Positions 40,654-51,210 of a DNA stretch of 64,000 nucleotides are shown here, piece by piece (position 1 is the first letter of the stretch; each line of letters starts with the position of its first letter). The stretch covers positions 1,472,001-1,536,000 of the forward strand of contig OZ240215.1 in the NCBI GenBank assembly GCA_965197585.1, in the 5' to 3' direction. Origin of the DNA: Dehalococcoidia bacterium. GTDB taxonomy: Bacteria; Chloroflexota; Dehalococcoidia; Plut-88900. A program made the translations under genes and the position numbers. The notes under the pieces are model-generated. The model was given only the letters and a program-made list of their open reading frames with translations, ran no database searches and was not told the DNA's origin.

Positions 40654-41709
40654 TGTGGATGTCAGGTAATTCGTTGACAGAATTAGATGGATTTAAGGGT
40701 CTCCAAAGGGGTCTTTCCGTCCATTGCCTGGTGGGGTCTCTGAGTATTGTAGTAGATCAGGTATTGCTGAAGCTCGTCCTTCAGTTCCGAGACCGATTCG
40801 AAGGTTGTCCCCTCCAGCAGGTCCTCGTTCAAGGTTCTCCAGAACCGCTCTATCTTCCCGTTGGTCTGGGGCCTATAAGGGCGGGTGTAGCGGTGCTTTA
40901 TGCCCAGCTCATTGAGCATCCGTTCCATGGGGTGGCCCTCGGTGTTCCTTGGGGAGGCCATCTCGGGGCCGTTGTCGGTGAGGATGGCCTCGAATTGGAT
41001 GCCGTACTCCACGTTAAGGAAATTGATGGACTTCAGAGTAGCAAACATAACGGAGAGACTCTTGATGTCTCCGACCACTTCGGCCCAGGCCAGACGGGTG
41101 TAGGCGTCGATGAGGCCCACCAGGTAGTAGCGGTGCTTGGTGCCCACGATGGTATCCCGGCTGAGGTAGTGGCTGTCCAGGTGGCCCAGCTCTCCTGCCC
41201 GGGTCTTGATGATCTTGCGCTTCGACTGCTGCATCGGCTTTGTGAGCCTATTGAAACCGTGGCGTCTGGTGATGGCGTAGATGGTGGAGGGCTTAGGGGT
41301 GTTGTGTTTAAGGATGGGTTTGAGTATGGCATAGATCTCGTAACGGTTGGTACCGTTAAGGCGCTCGTTGATGACCTTCTGCTCAATGTAGGGCAGGGTG
41401 CGGCGGGACTTCCACCCGGGACCCCGCTTACGGGGGAGGAAGGCGTTGTCGGAGGGGGAGAGGAGGAACCGGTTGTAGTACTTGGCAAAGGTCTGACGGC
41501 TAGTGCCGTGGAAGGAGTAGAAGTCCTGGGCGAAGCGGAAACGGGGATGCTTCCCTGCCTTGACCAGTTGATACTCATGGATGAGGAACCGCCACTTCTG
41601 AATGTAGTTACGTTCAAGGGTGAGGTCCTTGCTATTGTCTCGCATTCTCGCCTCCAGATTGGTGTTGGCCTCTTATACCAATCTGTCAACGAATTACCTA
41701 ACACTTACA
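40654..41709 (-). mobile_element. IS481-family insertion sequence (1056 bp) with 5-bp TSD ATTCC, inserted in repeat family A
   Basis: TIRs TGTggaTGTcAGGTAATTCGTTGACAGA / TGTaagTGTtAGGTAATTCGTTGACAGA (24 of 28 match); ATTCC at 40649-40653 and 41710-41714. Confidence 0.92.
40683..41645 (-). CDS. IS481-family DDE transposase (integrase core)
   Basis: GHLD, IDAYTR, LTDNGPE, TRPYRPQTNGKIERF, YNTQRPHQ; intact 320 aa ORF. Confidence 0.92.
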   Translation of the reverse strand: MRDNSKDLTLERNYIQKWRFLIHEYQLVKAGKHPRFRFAQDFYSFHGTSRQTFAKYYNRFLLSPSDNAFLPRKRGPGWKSRRTLPYIEQKVINERLNGTNRYEIYAILKPILKHNTPKPSTIYAITRRHGFNRLTKPMQQSKRKIIKTRAGELGHLDSHYLSRDTIVGTKHRYYLVGLIDAYTRLAWAEVVGDIKSLSVMFATLKSINFLNVEYGIQFEAILTDNGPEMASPRNTEGHPMERMLNELGIKHRYTRPYRPQTNGKIERFWRTLNEDLLEGTTFESVSELKDELQQYLIYYNTQRPHQAMDGKTPLETLKSI

Positions 41710-41833
41710 ATTCCGAGGCCCTGTGAGGAATCTAACACTCCAGCCCTAACCCAGCGTCTCTGAATCTCACCCCCCATCTATACTTTACGTTTAACACGGC
41801 GCATCAAGTTACACTGTACGCTGTTCTAACGTT

Positions 41834-43192
41834 ATGGGAATTCGTAGGCTAATACGTAAAATTGTCCGCCGTTGGCTCTGGGTGGCCTTATCTATATTGG
41901 TGCCGGTCATTGGCTCTTGGCTGGCAATGGAGCATTGGGAGTCGCTAAGAACAATTGGGGAGCCGCTAGGAACAAATGGGGAGTCGGCAAGTGCCACAAT
42001 CCGAAACATCGGCTTAGTTATAGCAGGTTTAACTGCTCTATTCTTGGCTCTATGGCGAGGTTTCGTCGCCGAAGACCAAGCGGATGCAGCTCAACAAAGC
42101 CTAAGAAACGAGCGTTACCAAAAGGGCGCCGATATGCTCGGTAACGAACGACTTTCAGTTCGCCTGGGCGGCATATACGCTTTACAAAGCCTGTCTCAAG
42201 AGCATAGTAGGGAATATCACATCAAGATTATGAAGATTCTATCTGCCTTCATCCGTTTTCCAACTGATGATCCCAATCACCTCATGGAATTGGACCGAAA
42301 GATAGGAGAGAACGTAATTAGGGAAGATGTCCAAGCGGTGCTGGATATGATTCGCGAACGGAGCAAATCTCAAATCGCAATAGAGAATACTGCGAAATTT
42401 ATCGTTGATTTGCCGTTTGCCAACCTCAGGTATGCGCGGCTTGCAAATGGCAAGCTTAAAGGTGCAATCCTTTGGAAAGCAGACCTCTCCTACGCAATAC
42501 TATGGGCGACAGATTTTTCTGGTGCAATGTTGTCTCAGGCTAATCTAAACGAAGCTGACCTAAAGCAAGCGATATTGTCAAATGCCGACCTTCGGGAGGC
42601 ACAACTCCGAGATGCTGAACTGTTGGGCACCCGTATGAACGGCGCAAAATTACAAAAAGCAAAACTGTCTAAGGCAAAACTTTGGGGAACAGACTTCTCC
42701 GGCGCTAACTTAAACGACGCAATTTTAGATTCCGCGGAAATCTGGGCAGCTAAGTTTCCAGGCGCCTTTCTTCATGGTACAAACTTGTCAAATGCCGACT
42801 TCAAACGCACGGACCTGTCCTACGGAAAACTTGCCAAGGCAAACTTGTCAAACGCGAAGGCTCAAGGCATGAATCTGTCCGGTGCTAACCTTAACGGTTC
42901 TAACCTATCCGAGGCAGACCTGCGAGAAGCCAATCTCTCGACTACCCAATTTTGGGCAGCCAATTTGAGCAATACACTTCTCGATGACGCGAATTTATCT
43001 GGTGCGGATTTCTCTGGAATCAGAACCCCAACATCCCTCTCATCGGTAATCGGTCTCACGCAGGCGCAACTGAATAGTGCGCGTGCCTACCCCAAAACTC
43101 CTCCGAAACTAAAGGGTGCACTCGACGCAGTTAGTGGTGAGCAGTTGCGCTGGCACGGGGGCCAAGGCGCTCCCCTTAAACAAGAGGACTAG
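41834..43192 (+). CDS. Pentapeptide-repeat protein with N-terminal transmembrane segments
   Basis: Long run of A(D/N)Lxx repeats; ERYQKGADMLG..VRLGGIYAL; lower GC than flanks. Confidence 0.88.
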   Translation: MGIRRLIRKIVRRWLWVALSILVPVIGSWLAMEHWESLRTIGEPLGTNGESASATIRNIGLVIAGLTALFLALWRGFVAEDQADAAQQSLRNERYQKGADMLGNERLSVRLGGIYALQSLSQEHSREYHIKIMKILSAFIRFPTDDPNHLMELDRKIGENVIREDVQAVLDMIRERSKSQIAIENTAKFIVDLPFANLRYARLANGKLKGAILWKADLSYAILWATDFSGAMLSQANLNEADLKQAILSNADLREAQLRDAELLGTRMNGAKLQKAKLSKAKLWGTDFSGANLNDAILDSAEIWAAKFPGAFLHGTNLSNADFKRTDLSYGKLAKANLSNAKAQGMNLSGANLNGSNLSEADLREANLSTTQFWAANLSNTLLDDANLSGADFSGIRTPTSLSSVIGLTQAQLNSARAYPKTPPKLKGALDAVSGEQLRWHGGQGAPLKQED

Positions 43193-43195
43193 CCC

Positions 43196-44044
43196 CTAAA
43201 ACGCATCCCCACCCCGCACATACGCCCCCAGGTCCTGCCCCGTGTTCCGGTTCACCAGGTTCCGACCGTACATCGGGTGCCTCATTCCCCGCACCTCGTG
43301 CTCAATCTCGAACAACGCTTCCCCCGACTCCGGATCGACAATCTTCTGAAACCTGAACTGGTGATTACGTATCTCCTCGGTGATCAGGCCTCGCTCCGAC
43401 AGCGCAGTGAAAGGCCCCGAGAATCCTGCCACGTATATCGCAATGTGATGCCCGTCGTAGTCGGGGACATCGCCGCTTGACTCGCAGAACCGCAGCTCTT
43501 GCCCCGCCCCGATGCTCACCTTCGCCATCCCATCCGACGCTTCCGCAGGAGCGCCCATGATCTGCCGGTAGAACGCCGCTATCCCCTCCACCGTCCCCGA
43601 CGGCACGCCAAACTCCACGTACGGTATCCCCAGCGACATCTCCCCAAACTTATCCGACCTTCCGTCGTAGCACCGGAACGAGTTCCCCCACGGCCCCGTC
43701 ACCTCGACGCAGCAGTGCTTGTCCTCCCATGCAAACTCCGTCCCCGCAAGCCTCTCCTCCGCCTCCGAGAGCCTCTCTCTTAGCTGGTCCAAGCTCGGCG
43801 TCACCAGCCCGACGTGTCCCCGTAGGTGCTGTGCCTGGTTGGTCGGCAAGTGAAACTGCTGGTTACCCAGGTTTACCCACATATTGTCCACCCCGACCAT
43901 CAGGTACGGGTCACGGGTCCCGCCCAGTGCGGTCAGATAAAAAGCCGTCGCCGTCGACTGGTCGGGCACCGTCAAATTCACGTGCTCCATCCCGACTATA
44001 TTCCCAATGTCCTCAGCTTGCAGTGCGATCTCTGGATTGCTCAT
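43196..44044 (-). CDS. VOC/glyoxalase-like conserved hypothetical protein
   Basis: EHVNLTVPD, FY...LG..RDPY, QQFHLP, GPWGN, YDGHHIAIY. Confidence 0.65.
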   Translation of the reverse strand: MSNPEIALQAEDIGNIVGMEHVNLTVPDQSTATAFYLTALGGTRDPYLMVGVDNMWVNLGNQQFHLPTNQAQHLRGHVGLVTPSLDQLRERLSEAEERLAGTEFAWEDKHCCVEVTGPWGNSFRCYDGRSDKFGEMSLGIPYVEFGVPSGTVEGIAAFYRQIMGAPAEASDGMAKVSIGAGQELRFCESSGDVPDYDGHHIAIYVAGFSGPFTALSERGLITEEIRNHQFRFQKIVDPESGEALFEIEHEVRGMRHPMYGRNLVNRNTGQDLGAYVRGGDAF

Positions 44045-44522
44045 GTTGCCTCCCTACCGGGCATTCTCGAACTTGATCTCAGCATACGCTTCACGCCATC
44101 GTTGAGTTCAAGCCTATTCTATAACATCCCATCTACAGTGCCCCAACCGACCCAAGACATACAATGCCGAGGCCCAGTTTTACTGTCATTCCGAGGCCCC
44201 GCGAGGAATCTAGGACTTACCGCTTCACCCATCTCCCAGCTTCAACTTTCCACCTTACACCTTACACCACCTCTGAACTATGAGCGCACGACAGAACACA
44301 TCTCTGTCAACTTCCTGTCCCCTCCTCCCGTACCGAATTACACCTACATGCCGACGCAATTCACCAGGCTGTACATGCTGATCCATTCCAATCATCACTG
44401 AGTTAGGCGCCTACCGCAAAACATACCTCAAGCCTATTCTTTCCATCTTCCCCCCCAAGGTACTGAATTAGGAGCCTCCTGCAACACATACCTCAAGTCC
44501 ATTCTTTTCCCCCTCCCCCCAG

Positions 44523-44575
44523 GTACTGAATTAGGGGCCTGCCTATGCGCTATGCGCATAGGCAGGCCCCTATTC
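44523..44575 (+). repeat. Repeat family C: GTAYTGAAY + 19-bp stem/3-nt loop hairpin + TTC
   Basis: Copies at 44523-44575, 58385-58437 and 58496-58548; truncated copy at ~44460. Confidence 0.8.
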
Positions 44576-44662
44576 ATCTTTCCCCCTCTCCCTTGAAGGC
44601 CCTAAGGGAGAGGGGGATCAAGGGGGTAAGGGTTCCCTTGGGGGGTGGGGGACATCCCCTCC

Positions 44663-45835
44663 CTAAGGCCCTTCCTGTTCAAACGTCCTCAACACCCGAG
44701 CCGGTGGCCGAAAATACTCCTCCGCCCCCAGCTTACCCTCGTCAAGCTCTATCCCCAGCCCCGGGGCCGTCGGCAGTTCGATATACCCGTCCTTCACCTT
44801 TATCGGCTCGACCGTTATGTCATTCGCCTTCTCTGCGAAGTTCACGAAGTACTCCGTGATAAGGAAGTTCGGTATGCACGCCGACACCTGCACCGTCGAC
44901 GCCAAAGCCACCGACGTGCTGTTGTAGTTGTGCGGTGAGACCGCCACGTAGTGGGGCTCGGCCATCGCCGCTATCTCCTTCAGCTCCAGGATTCCGCCGC
45001 AGTTGGCCACGTCCGGGTTGATGATGTCCACGGCTCTGTTCTCGAACACTTCACGGAACGCCGCCTTCCCATACAGGGCCTCGCCCGTCACAACGGGTAT
45101 GTCTATCTGGTCTCGAACCTCGGCCATCGCCCGCAGGTTCTCCGACGGAACCGGCTCCTCATACCAGAACGGGCGGAACCGCTCCACCTGCTTCGCGACC
45201 CTCACCGCGTTCATCGGCGAAAGCCGCCTGTGCACCTCGATGAGTATGTCGACCCTGTCGCCCACCGCCCCCCTCACCGCCGCTATGTTGTCCACTGCCG
45301 CCTCCTCGACCTCCTTGTCCACGTACAGCCGCCACGGCCCGGGGAACGGGTCGAACTTCAACGCCGTAAACCCTTCCTCCACCACCTCTCTAGCCATCGT
45401 TGCGTAGTCCTCCGGGTCCTTCGCCCCGCCGTACCAGCCGTTGGCATAGACCCGGATCTTGTCCCGGCACGCCCCTCCGAGAAGCTGGTAAACAGGCACA
45501 CCAAGTTTCTTCCCCACAATGTCCCACAGCGCCTGCTCGATACCGCTCAGAGCGCAGTAAAACTCCATCGACCCCCGACGCCCTGCATAATCGTCGTAGG
45601 CCATCTGCGTCGTGTGCTTGATGTTGAACGGGTCTCGGCCGACAATGTAGCGCCCCAGCTCCTCAACATGGGCCTGGATCGACCGGTCCCGGTCAAGCTG
45701 GGTGTATGCCTCTCCCCAGCCGTGGATCCCGGCGTCGGTCTCCACCTTCACGAACAACCAGCTCTTCCCACCGATCATCCCCGCCCTGTGCCCCTTGGAG
45801 TAGACCAGGTACGACTTGATGTTCTCAATCTTCAT
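44663..45835 (-). CDS. Galactonate dehydratase-like enolase-superfamily enzyme
   Basis: WLFVKVETDAG, SGIEQALWDI, YANGW, KFDPF, EVHRR, YEEP, TGE, PHN. Confidence 0.85.
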   Translation of the reverse strand: MKIENIKSYLVYSKGHRAGMIGGKSWLFVKVETDAGIHGWGEAYTQLDRDRSIQAHVEELGRYIVGRDPFNIKHTTQMAYDDYAGRRGSMEFYCALSGIEQALWDIVGKKLGVPVYQLLGGACRDKIRVYANGWYGGAKDPEDYATMAREVVEEGFTALKFDPFPGPWRLYVDKEVEEAAVDNIAAVRGAVGDRVDILIEVHRRLSPMNAVRVAKQVERFRPFWYEEPVPSENLRAMAEVRDQIDIPVVTGEALYGKAAFREVFENRAVDIINPDVANCGGILELKEIAAMAEPHYVAVSPHNYNSTSVALASTVQVSACIPNFLITEYFVNFAEKANDITVEPIKVKDGYIELPTAPGLGIELDEGKLGAEEYFRPPARVLRTFEQEGP

Positions 45836-45846
45836 GCCGCTCCCCT

Positions 45847-47106
45847 TCACCCGATGACCGCTATCGCCTCGACCTCTATCAGGGCCTGGGGATCGAGCAG
45901 CCGATTGCATACCGTCGTGGAGGCCGCCGGAAGCTCCGACCCGAAGAACTCCCGTCGCACGTCTATCGCTTTGTGGTAGTTGGGGAGCGCCGCCTCGTCT
46001 ATGTAGTCGGTGACCTTCAACACATCCTTGAAGCTCGCTCCTCCTGCCTCCAACACCTCGGCTATGTTCAGGTACGTCTGTCGGGTCTGCGCTTCCAAAT
46101 CGCCGATGGCCAGGGCACCCGTCTCCGGGTCATGCCCCGTAGTCCCCGATACGAAGAACAAATTGCCCTTCTTTACGCCCGGCAGGAAGGTTATCCCCTG
46201 TGCGTGGGCCCGTTCTGTTAACACCGTCTCCTTCTTTCCTCCCTTTACCGCCACCATGTTGATCTCAATCATCCACTCGGGGGCGTTCAAGGCGAGGCAC
46301 ACGACCCCCGTGGACGCCGGAAAGTCCTCTCCGAAGAACTCCCTTCTCAAGTCCGCCGTCAGCCTGTAGAAAGGCCGCGCCGCCGGGATGATGTAGTCCC
46401 GGGTCATTATCACGTCCTCCTGAGTCACTCCGCCCTCTGCCAGTATCATCTCGAACTTCTCGAAAAGGTAGCGCGTCTGCTCGACCAGCGTCCACGGACA
46501 AGCCCGCTCGTCGTTTTCATCAATGTACCAGGGCGCCTGCCCGGCCGACCAGAGGATGTCGTTCTTGAGAACGCCTGGCCGATTCGTCCCACTCTCGTAA
46601 GATGCAATGGTCTTTTCCGGGAACGGCGGGTAGCCGGGGTTGATGTACCGTCTCTCTCCGGGGCTGATGTCCAGGACGAGGTCAACGCTCCATATCGCAT
46701 TCAGATTCAGATTTCCCTGCATGTAAAGCCCGGTGCCCGGTGCATAGTTCGGCCCGAAATTGCTTCGCCACGTGTCGGGGCTGACCGTGGGAGATGAACG
46801 GAACGCTCGATTGTAGTGCGACAAGGGAGGACCCCCCGCCGCGGACGTGAAGACCGTCCGATTAGTCATGTCCTCCGGCTTCCCCCCCGATGCCTCGATC
46901 AGAAGCTTGTGTTTCTCCATGATCACGTCCATCTGCTCAACTGCATCGCCAGTGCACTCGATCTTCCCCGTCTCCGGGTTCTCACGCTCCGCCGTCTGCC
47001 CCGAGAGATAGAGAATCCCATTCTTCTCCGCACCCAGCGAGTAGGGCACCTTTGAGTGGTCGAAATAGGGCCAGTTAGCCGGGTTTATGAGTCGTCGTTC
47101 CGCCAT
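45847..47106 (-). CDS. Triple Rid (YjgF/YER057c/UK114) domain protein
   Basis: Three ~135 aa units: LYLSGQTA, LWSAGQAP, FFVSGTTG; units 2 and 3 end IEINMVAV / IEVEAIAV. Confidence 0.8.
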   Translation of the reverse strand: MAERRLINPANWPYFDHSKVPYSLGAEKNGILYLSGQTAERENPETGKIECTGDAVEQMDVIMEKHKLLIEASGGKPEDMTNRTVFTSAAGGPPLSHYNRAFRSSPTVSPDTWRSNFGPNYAPGTGLYMQGNLNLNAIWSVDLVLDISPGERRYINPGYPPFPEKTIASYESGTNRPGVLKNDILWSAGQAPWYIDENDERACPWTLVEQTRYLFEKFEMILAEGGVTQEDVIMTRDYIIPAARPFYRLTADLRREFFGEDFPASTGVVCLALNAPEWMIEINMVAVKGGKKETVLTERAHAQGITFLPGVKKGNLFFVSGTTGHDPETGALAIGDLEAQTRQTYLNIAEVLEAGGASFKDVLKVTDYIDEAALPNYHKAIDVRREFFGSELPAASTTVCNRLLDPQALIEVEAIAVIG

Positions 47107-47145
47107 TTCGTCTCCTTGATTCTGTCCAAGTTTTGATTTGCGCCC

Positions 47146-48543
47146 TTAACCCTTCGGAAAATCTGGGCCCGGGTAGGCGGGCACGTAAATGTCCTCGTAT
47201 TCTTGCTTGAATCGCGTCCACACCCTTAGCGTTGCCTCCCGAGCCTTCTCCACGACCTCGTCCTCATCCATGGTCAAGACCCTTCGGTCGCACAACACGA
47301 ACTCGCCGCCTACCATCACCGACTCCACGTCCCCAGTCTCTCCGTAGTGCACAAGGTTCGACACCGGGTTTATCGCCGGGACCAGGTGCGCCCGACTCAA
47401 ATCAACAAAAGTCAGATCAGCGAGCTTCCCCGCCTCTATCGACCCCAGTTCGTCCTCCATCCCGACGGACTTCGCCCCATTCAGAGTTGCCCAGTGCAGC
47501 AAGTCCTGGGGCATTGGTTTGGGCGGTGAATCGTCCCGCAAGCTTCGGTTTAGGACAAGCCCGAAGTTCAGGGCATGGAACATGTTCTCAGTCATGTTGT
47601 CCGTGCCGAGGGTGACGTTCACCCCCGAGTCCGTGATCTTCGGCATCCTGGGCATCGGGTACCGGCCCGTTCGGGCGCTGGGCGACGGACAATGGGCCAT
47701 GTGCGTACCCGTCTCGGCGAGAATTTCCACGTCGGCTTCGTCGCAGAAGAACCAGTGTGCCGCAAGCACGTCCCGCCCCAACCACCCGTTTTCCCTCAAG
47801 TACTCCGCCGAGGACTTCCCGCTCACCACCCTCACCTGGTCCAGTTCTTTCTGACTCTGCGCCAAATGCACCGTCCGACGCAGCCCATGCCTCTCCGACA
47901 TATCGAGCAGCTTCCTCAGCATCCAGGGTGAACAGTTGTCTGGGGCGTGGGCCGCCACCTGGCACTGCACACGACCCCCGTCCATCCCGTGAAATTCCTC
48001 GATGAGCCGCTCGGCCCTGTCCAGAAACTCCTGTCCCCACTCCTCGGAATATTCGTATATGCCATAACGGATTTTGAGGTTGAGGGCGTCGGCGCAGCTT
48101 TCGCTCAGGAACAGCCTGAGCCCCGAGTCCGCCATGGTTTGTGCGTATTGATAGACGTGCCGGAACGGGTCAACCATCGTCGTCGTCCCCGACCTGATCG
48201 CCTCCAGGCAGCCCAGCGCGTTCATTGCCCGCCGGTCCTCGTCCGTCATGGCGAATGAGATCGGCGACATGTATCCGTAAATGGCGTCGCCGCCCATGTC
48301 CTCCACCGTGCCCCGAAGCACCGTGAGCACCGAGTGAGTATGTGCGTTGACGAAGCCCGGCATAACTGCCCGCCCCGAGGCGTCGATCCTATCCAGACTC
48401 TCATACTTCCGCCTCATCTCCCCCGACTCTCCTACGTCCAGAATCCTCTTCCCCCGAACTGCAACCGCCCCGTTCTCTATCACCGCACCTTCGGCGTCGC
48501 ACGTAATCACGACAGCATTTTCTATCAGCGCATCCATAGTCAT
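47146..48543 (-). CDS. Amidohydrolase, MTA/SAH deaminase-like
   Basis: PGFVNAHTH, SGTTT, HLAQ, AAH, HCP, LGTD, GSIEAGKLAD. Confidence 0.85.
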   Translation of the reverse strand: MTMDALIENAVVITCDAEGAVIENGAVAVRGKRILDVGESGEMRRKYESLDRIDASGRAVMPGFVNAHTHSVLTVLRGTVEDMGGDAIYGYMSPISFAMTDEDRRAMNALGCLEAIRSGTTTMVDPFRHVYQYAQTMADSGLRLFLSESCADALNLKIRYGIYEYSEEWGQEFLDRAERLIEEFHGMDGGRVQCQVAAHAPDNCSPWMLRKLLDMSERHGLRRTVHLAQSQKELDQVRVVSGKSSAEYLRENGWLGRDVLAAHWFFCDEADVEILAETGTHMAHCPSPSARTGRYPMPRMPKITDSGVNVTLGTDNMTENMFHALNFGLVLNRSLRDDSPPKPMPQDLLHWATLNGAKSVGMEDELGSIEAGKLADLTFVDLSRAHLVPAINPVSNLVHYGETGDVESVMVGGEFVLCDRRVLTMDEDEVVEKAREATLRVWTRFKQEYEDIYVPAYPGPDFPKG

Positions 48544-48682
48544 TCGTCCTCCGGCCCTATTCTATCAGCCGAGTGAGGGGGCAGTGCTAGAATAGAATCT
48601 ACTCTCCCGAGCCCGACCGGAGGAGAAGCAGGTTCAAATGGGTTGTATGCGGGCGCACGACAAGTCGTAAAGGGAGAATTGC

Positions 48683-50017
48683 ATGAACCCCAGGATCATA
48701 ATAGTCATAGCGCTGCTGATGACCGTCCTTGCGTTTACATGTTCGAGCTCCGGTCCCACAGCGACGCCTGCGCCTGCACCCACGTCTACTCCAACACTCA
48801 CGCCATCGCCAACCCTCATATCCACATCTACCCCGACACCCGCGTTTGCTACAACACCTACACCCTCGCCTATCCCAGCACCCGCGCCAACACCGACAAT
48901 GGCGCCTATCCCTACACCCACCCTCGCGCCTACCGCAACTCCTACGCCGATACCGATACCCACATCCACATCCACACCCACTCCCACGCCGATCCCCACG
49001 CCGACGGCCACACCAACGCCAGACCCTTATGAGCTAATGCTGGCCCTAATAAATGAGGCCCGGGTAGAAGCGGGCCTGTTAGCGGTTGTGAGGGGCGATA
49101 ACGAGGCGGCGCAAATTCACGCTGACCGCTCGCTGGAAAACTGCATCAGCTCCCACTGGAGCATCGACGGCCTAACCCCGAATATGCGGTACTCCCTGGT
49201 TGGCGGATATCAGTCGGCTAATGAGAATATGTCCGGTTCTGACTATTGCCGGTTGCCGAATCTAGGCTATAGCGCCATTTCGAGTGTCGCCGAGGAAGTG
49301 CGTGAGGCAATGAGAGGGTGGATGGACAGCCCCGGCCACAGGGCCAACATCCTCAAACCTCGCCAGAGGAAAGTCAACATCGGCTTGGCATGGGACAGGT
49401 ACAACTTTGTGGCCGTTCAGCAGTTCGAGGGCGACTACATTGAGTACACGATCTTGCCTGCGATCGAAGGCGGCGTGCTGTCGATGGAAGGCAAGCTGAA
49501 GAACGGCGCGAACCTTGAGCATGGCGACCACTACCGAGTTACGATCTTCCTACACCCGCCGCCGCATCAACTAACGCAGGGGCAGATTGCACGGGTATAC
49601 GGCAGTTGCTTGGGGCGGAAGGTTGCGTTCCTGAGTTACCGTAGCGCAGGAACAGCGGAGAGCACTTGGAACCCATGCCTGAGCCCCTACGACGTGTCGC
49701 CTGACGCCCCTGCTCCCACCTCGGGCAACGCTGCGCACGCTCTGTGGGAGGAGGCCCGTGCGCGGTATGAAGCTCTCGAGGAGTCCGTGCCCATAACCGT
49801 CGCGAAGGTACGGATGTCGAGATGGGAACTGGACGGTGACCGGTTCGCCATCAGCGCCGACTTGGGAGACGTGCTGGAGACTCACGGGCCGGGCGTCTAC
49901 GAGGTGAATGTTTTCGGAGTATTGGATGGGAATGTTGATTTAATTTCCAGATACTCCATCTTCCATGGCATTCCAAGGCCTGCGGGCTACGATGTTCCTG
50001 CCCGTCCCACACGCTAG
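48683..50017 (+). CDS. Exported CAP (SCP)-domain protein with Pro/Thr-rich linker
   Basis: Signal peptide, ~90 aa PT linker, [27 protein letters not shown]. Confidence 0.82.
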   Translation: MNPRIIIVIALLMTVLAFTCSSSGPTATPAPAPTSTPTLTPSPTLISTSTPTPAFATTPTPSPIPAPAPTPTMAPIPTPTLAPTATPTPIPIPTSTSTPTPTPIPTPTATPTPDPYELMLALINEARVEAGLLAVVRGDNEAAQIHADRSLENCISSHWSIDGLTPNMRYSLVGGYQSANENMSGSDYCRLPNLGYSAISSVAEEVREAMRGWMDSPGHRANILKPRQRKVNIGLAWDRYNFVAVQQFEGDYIEYTILPAIEGGVLSMEGKLKNGANLEHGDHYRVTIFLHPPPHQLTQGQIARVYGSCLGRKVAFLSYRSAGTAESTWNPCLSPYDVSPDAPAPTSGNAAHALWEEARARYEALEESVPITVAKVRMSRWELDGDRFAISADLGDVLETHGPGVYEVNVFGVLDGNVDLISRYSIFHGIPRPAGYDVPARPTR

Positions 50018-50155
50018 GTGTCGATGGGTTCTTTTCGTATTAGCGTGAGCGCTTTTGCATCAGCAGGGGGTTATTCATCAAAGCACCTCAGCCCCATCCC
50101 CGCCCAGTGTTATAATCTCCTCGGCGCTCCCGTGCGTGTGCGGAGGAAGAACGGC

Positions 50156-51184
50156 TTGGCATCCGACCCCCATCAGACTCTCGACTACTTTGAAGCCGTC
50201 GAGTTTTACTTCAACCAGGGCCTCACAGACGGCCTGCCCGTAGTACCCCCCACCCCCAACCGCCTCGCCGAATTCCTCGACTCCGCAAACCTGAAACCTG
50301 ATGACATCGTTGGCATCGTCCCCATAGGCGCCATCCCCATAACCGCCGAAAAGGTGGCACTCAACGCCGTCATGGCCGGCTGCCTCCCCGACTATATGCC
50401 CGTCATAGTCACCGGCATCCAGGCCATGGTCGACGACGAATTCAGCCTAAACGCCACCGCCGCCAGCACCTCCGGGTCGTCTCACATGCTTGTGGTCGGG
50501 GGCAAGGTGGTAGATGAGCTCGGCATCAACTACGGCGTCAATATGCTCGGCCCCGGCACCCGAGCCAACTCAACAATCGGCAGGGCCATCAGGCTCATAC
50601 TCATGAACGTCTGCGGCGCATTGCCCGGCGTGTTGGACAAGTCGACCCTCGGCAACCCGGGCAAGTACACAGCCTGCATCGCCGAGGACGAGTCCCTCAC
50701 CCCCTGGCCTCCCCTCCGCTCCGACTACGGCATCCCCGAGTCCCAGGATGCCGTAACCGCATTCGCCTGCTACGCCCCCGTCCAGGTCTCCGACCACCGC
50801 AGCAGTAGCGCCGAAGAGGTCTTGACCCGCATCGCCGACGCCATTGTCGCCTACCCTTACTACGCGCGTGGATGCGAGATCATGGTCATCCTCGTCCCCG
50901 AGCACTTGACCCATATCCTGCACGCCGGTTGGACCAAGGACGAAGTCCGGCAGTTCCTGCACGAGGCTACCCAAAGACCCATGGACTTCTGGAAAGCCCG
51001 CCCCGACAGCGGAAAGAACGAATTCCGGGAGGGCATCGGACTCTCAGGCGTCACGGCCTCCCCCGATGACTTTCTGATAGTGCCCGCAGGCGGCAGCGCG
51101 GGCGGATTCTCGGCATTCCTCGTATCATGGGGCAGCGAGGTCGACTATAGCCGCAGCGTCACCCGGCCTATAAGACAGCCCTGA
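50156..51184 (+). CDS. Conserved uncharacterised protein (TDGLPVVPPT family), upstream partner of the UGSC selenoprotein
   Basis: TDGLPVVPPT, NAVMAGC, RANSTIGRA, GNPGKY..CIAE; TTG start after GGAGG inferred. Confidence 0.72.
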   Translation: MASDPHQTLDYFEAVEFYFNQGLTDGLPVVPPTPNRLAEFLDSANLKPDDIVGIVPIGAIPITAEKVALNAVMAGCLPDYMPVIVTGIQAMVDDEFSLNATAASTSGSSHMLVVGGKVVDELGINYGVNMLGPGTRANSTIGRAIRLILMNVCGALPGVLDKSTLGNPGKYTACIAEDESLTPWPPLRSDYGIPESQDAVTAFACYAPVQVSDHRSSSAEEVLTRIADAIVAYPYYARGCEIMVILVPEHLTHILHAGWTKDEVRQFLHEATQRPMDFWKARPDSGKNEFREGIGLSGVTASPDDFLIVPAGGSAGGFSAFLVSWGSEVDYSRSVTRPIRQP

Positions 51185-51210
51185 CTCCGACCACTAATAA
51201 TGAGGTGAAT

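Noticed and set aside
44420-44540. Imperfect ~65-bp tandem duplication (acatacctcaag...ggtactgaattagg)
   Set aside because: Only two units; it looks like a local duplication of the flank of a family C element rather than an array.
48755-49025. Low-complexity ACNCCN repeats and the antisense Gly/Val ORF 48634..49011
   Set aside because: Explained by the Pro/Thr linker of the CAP-domain protein.
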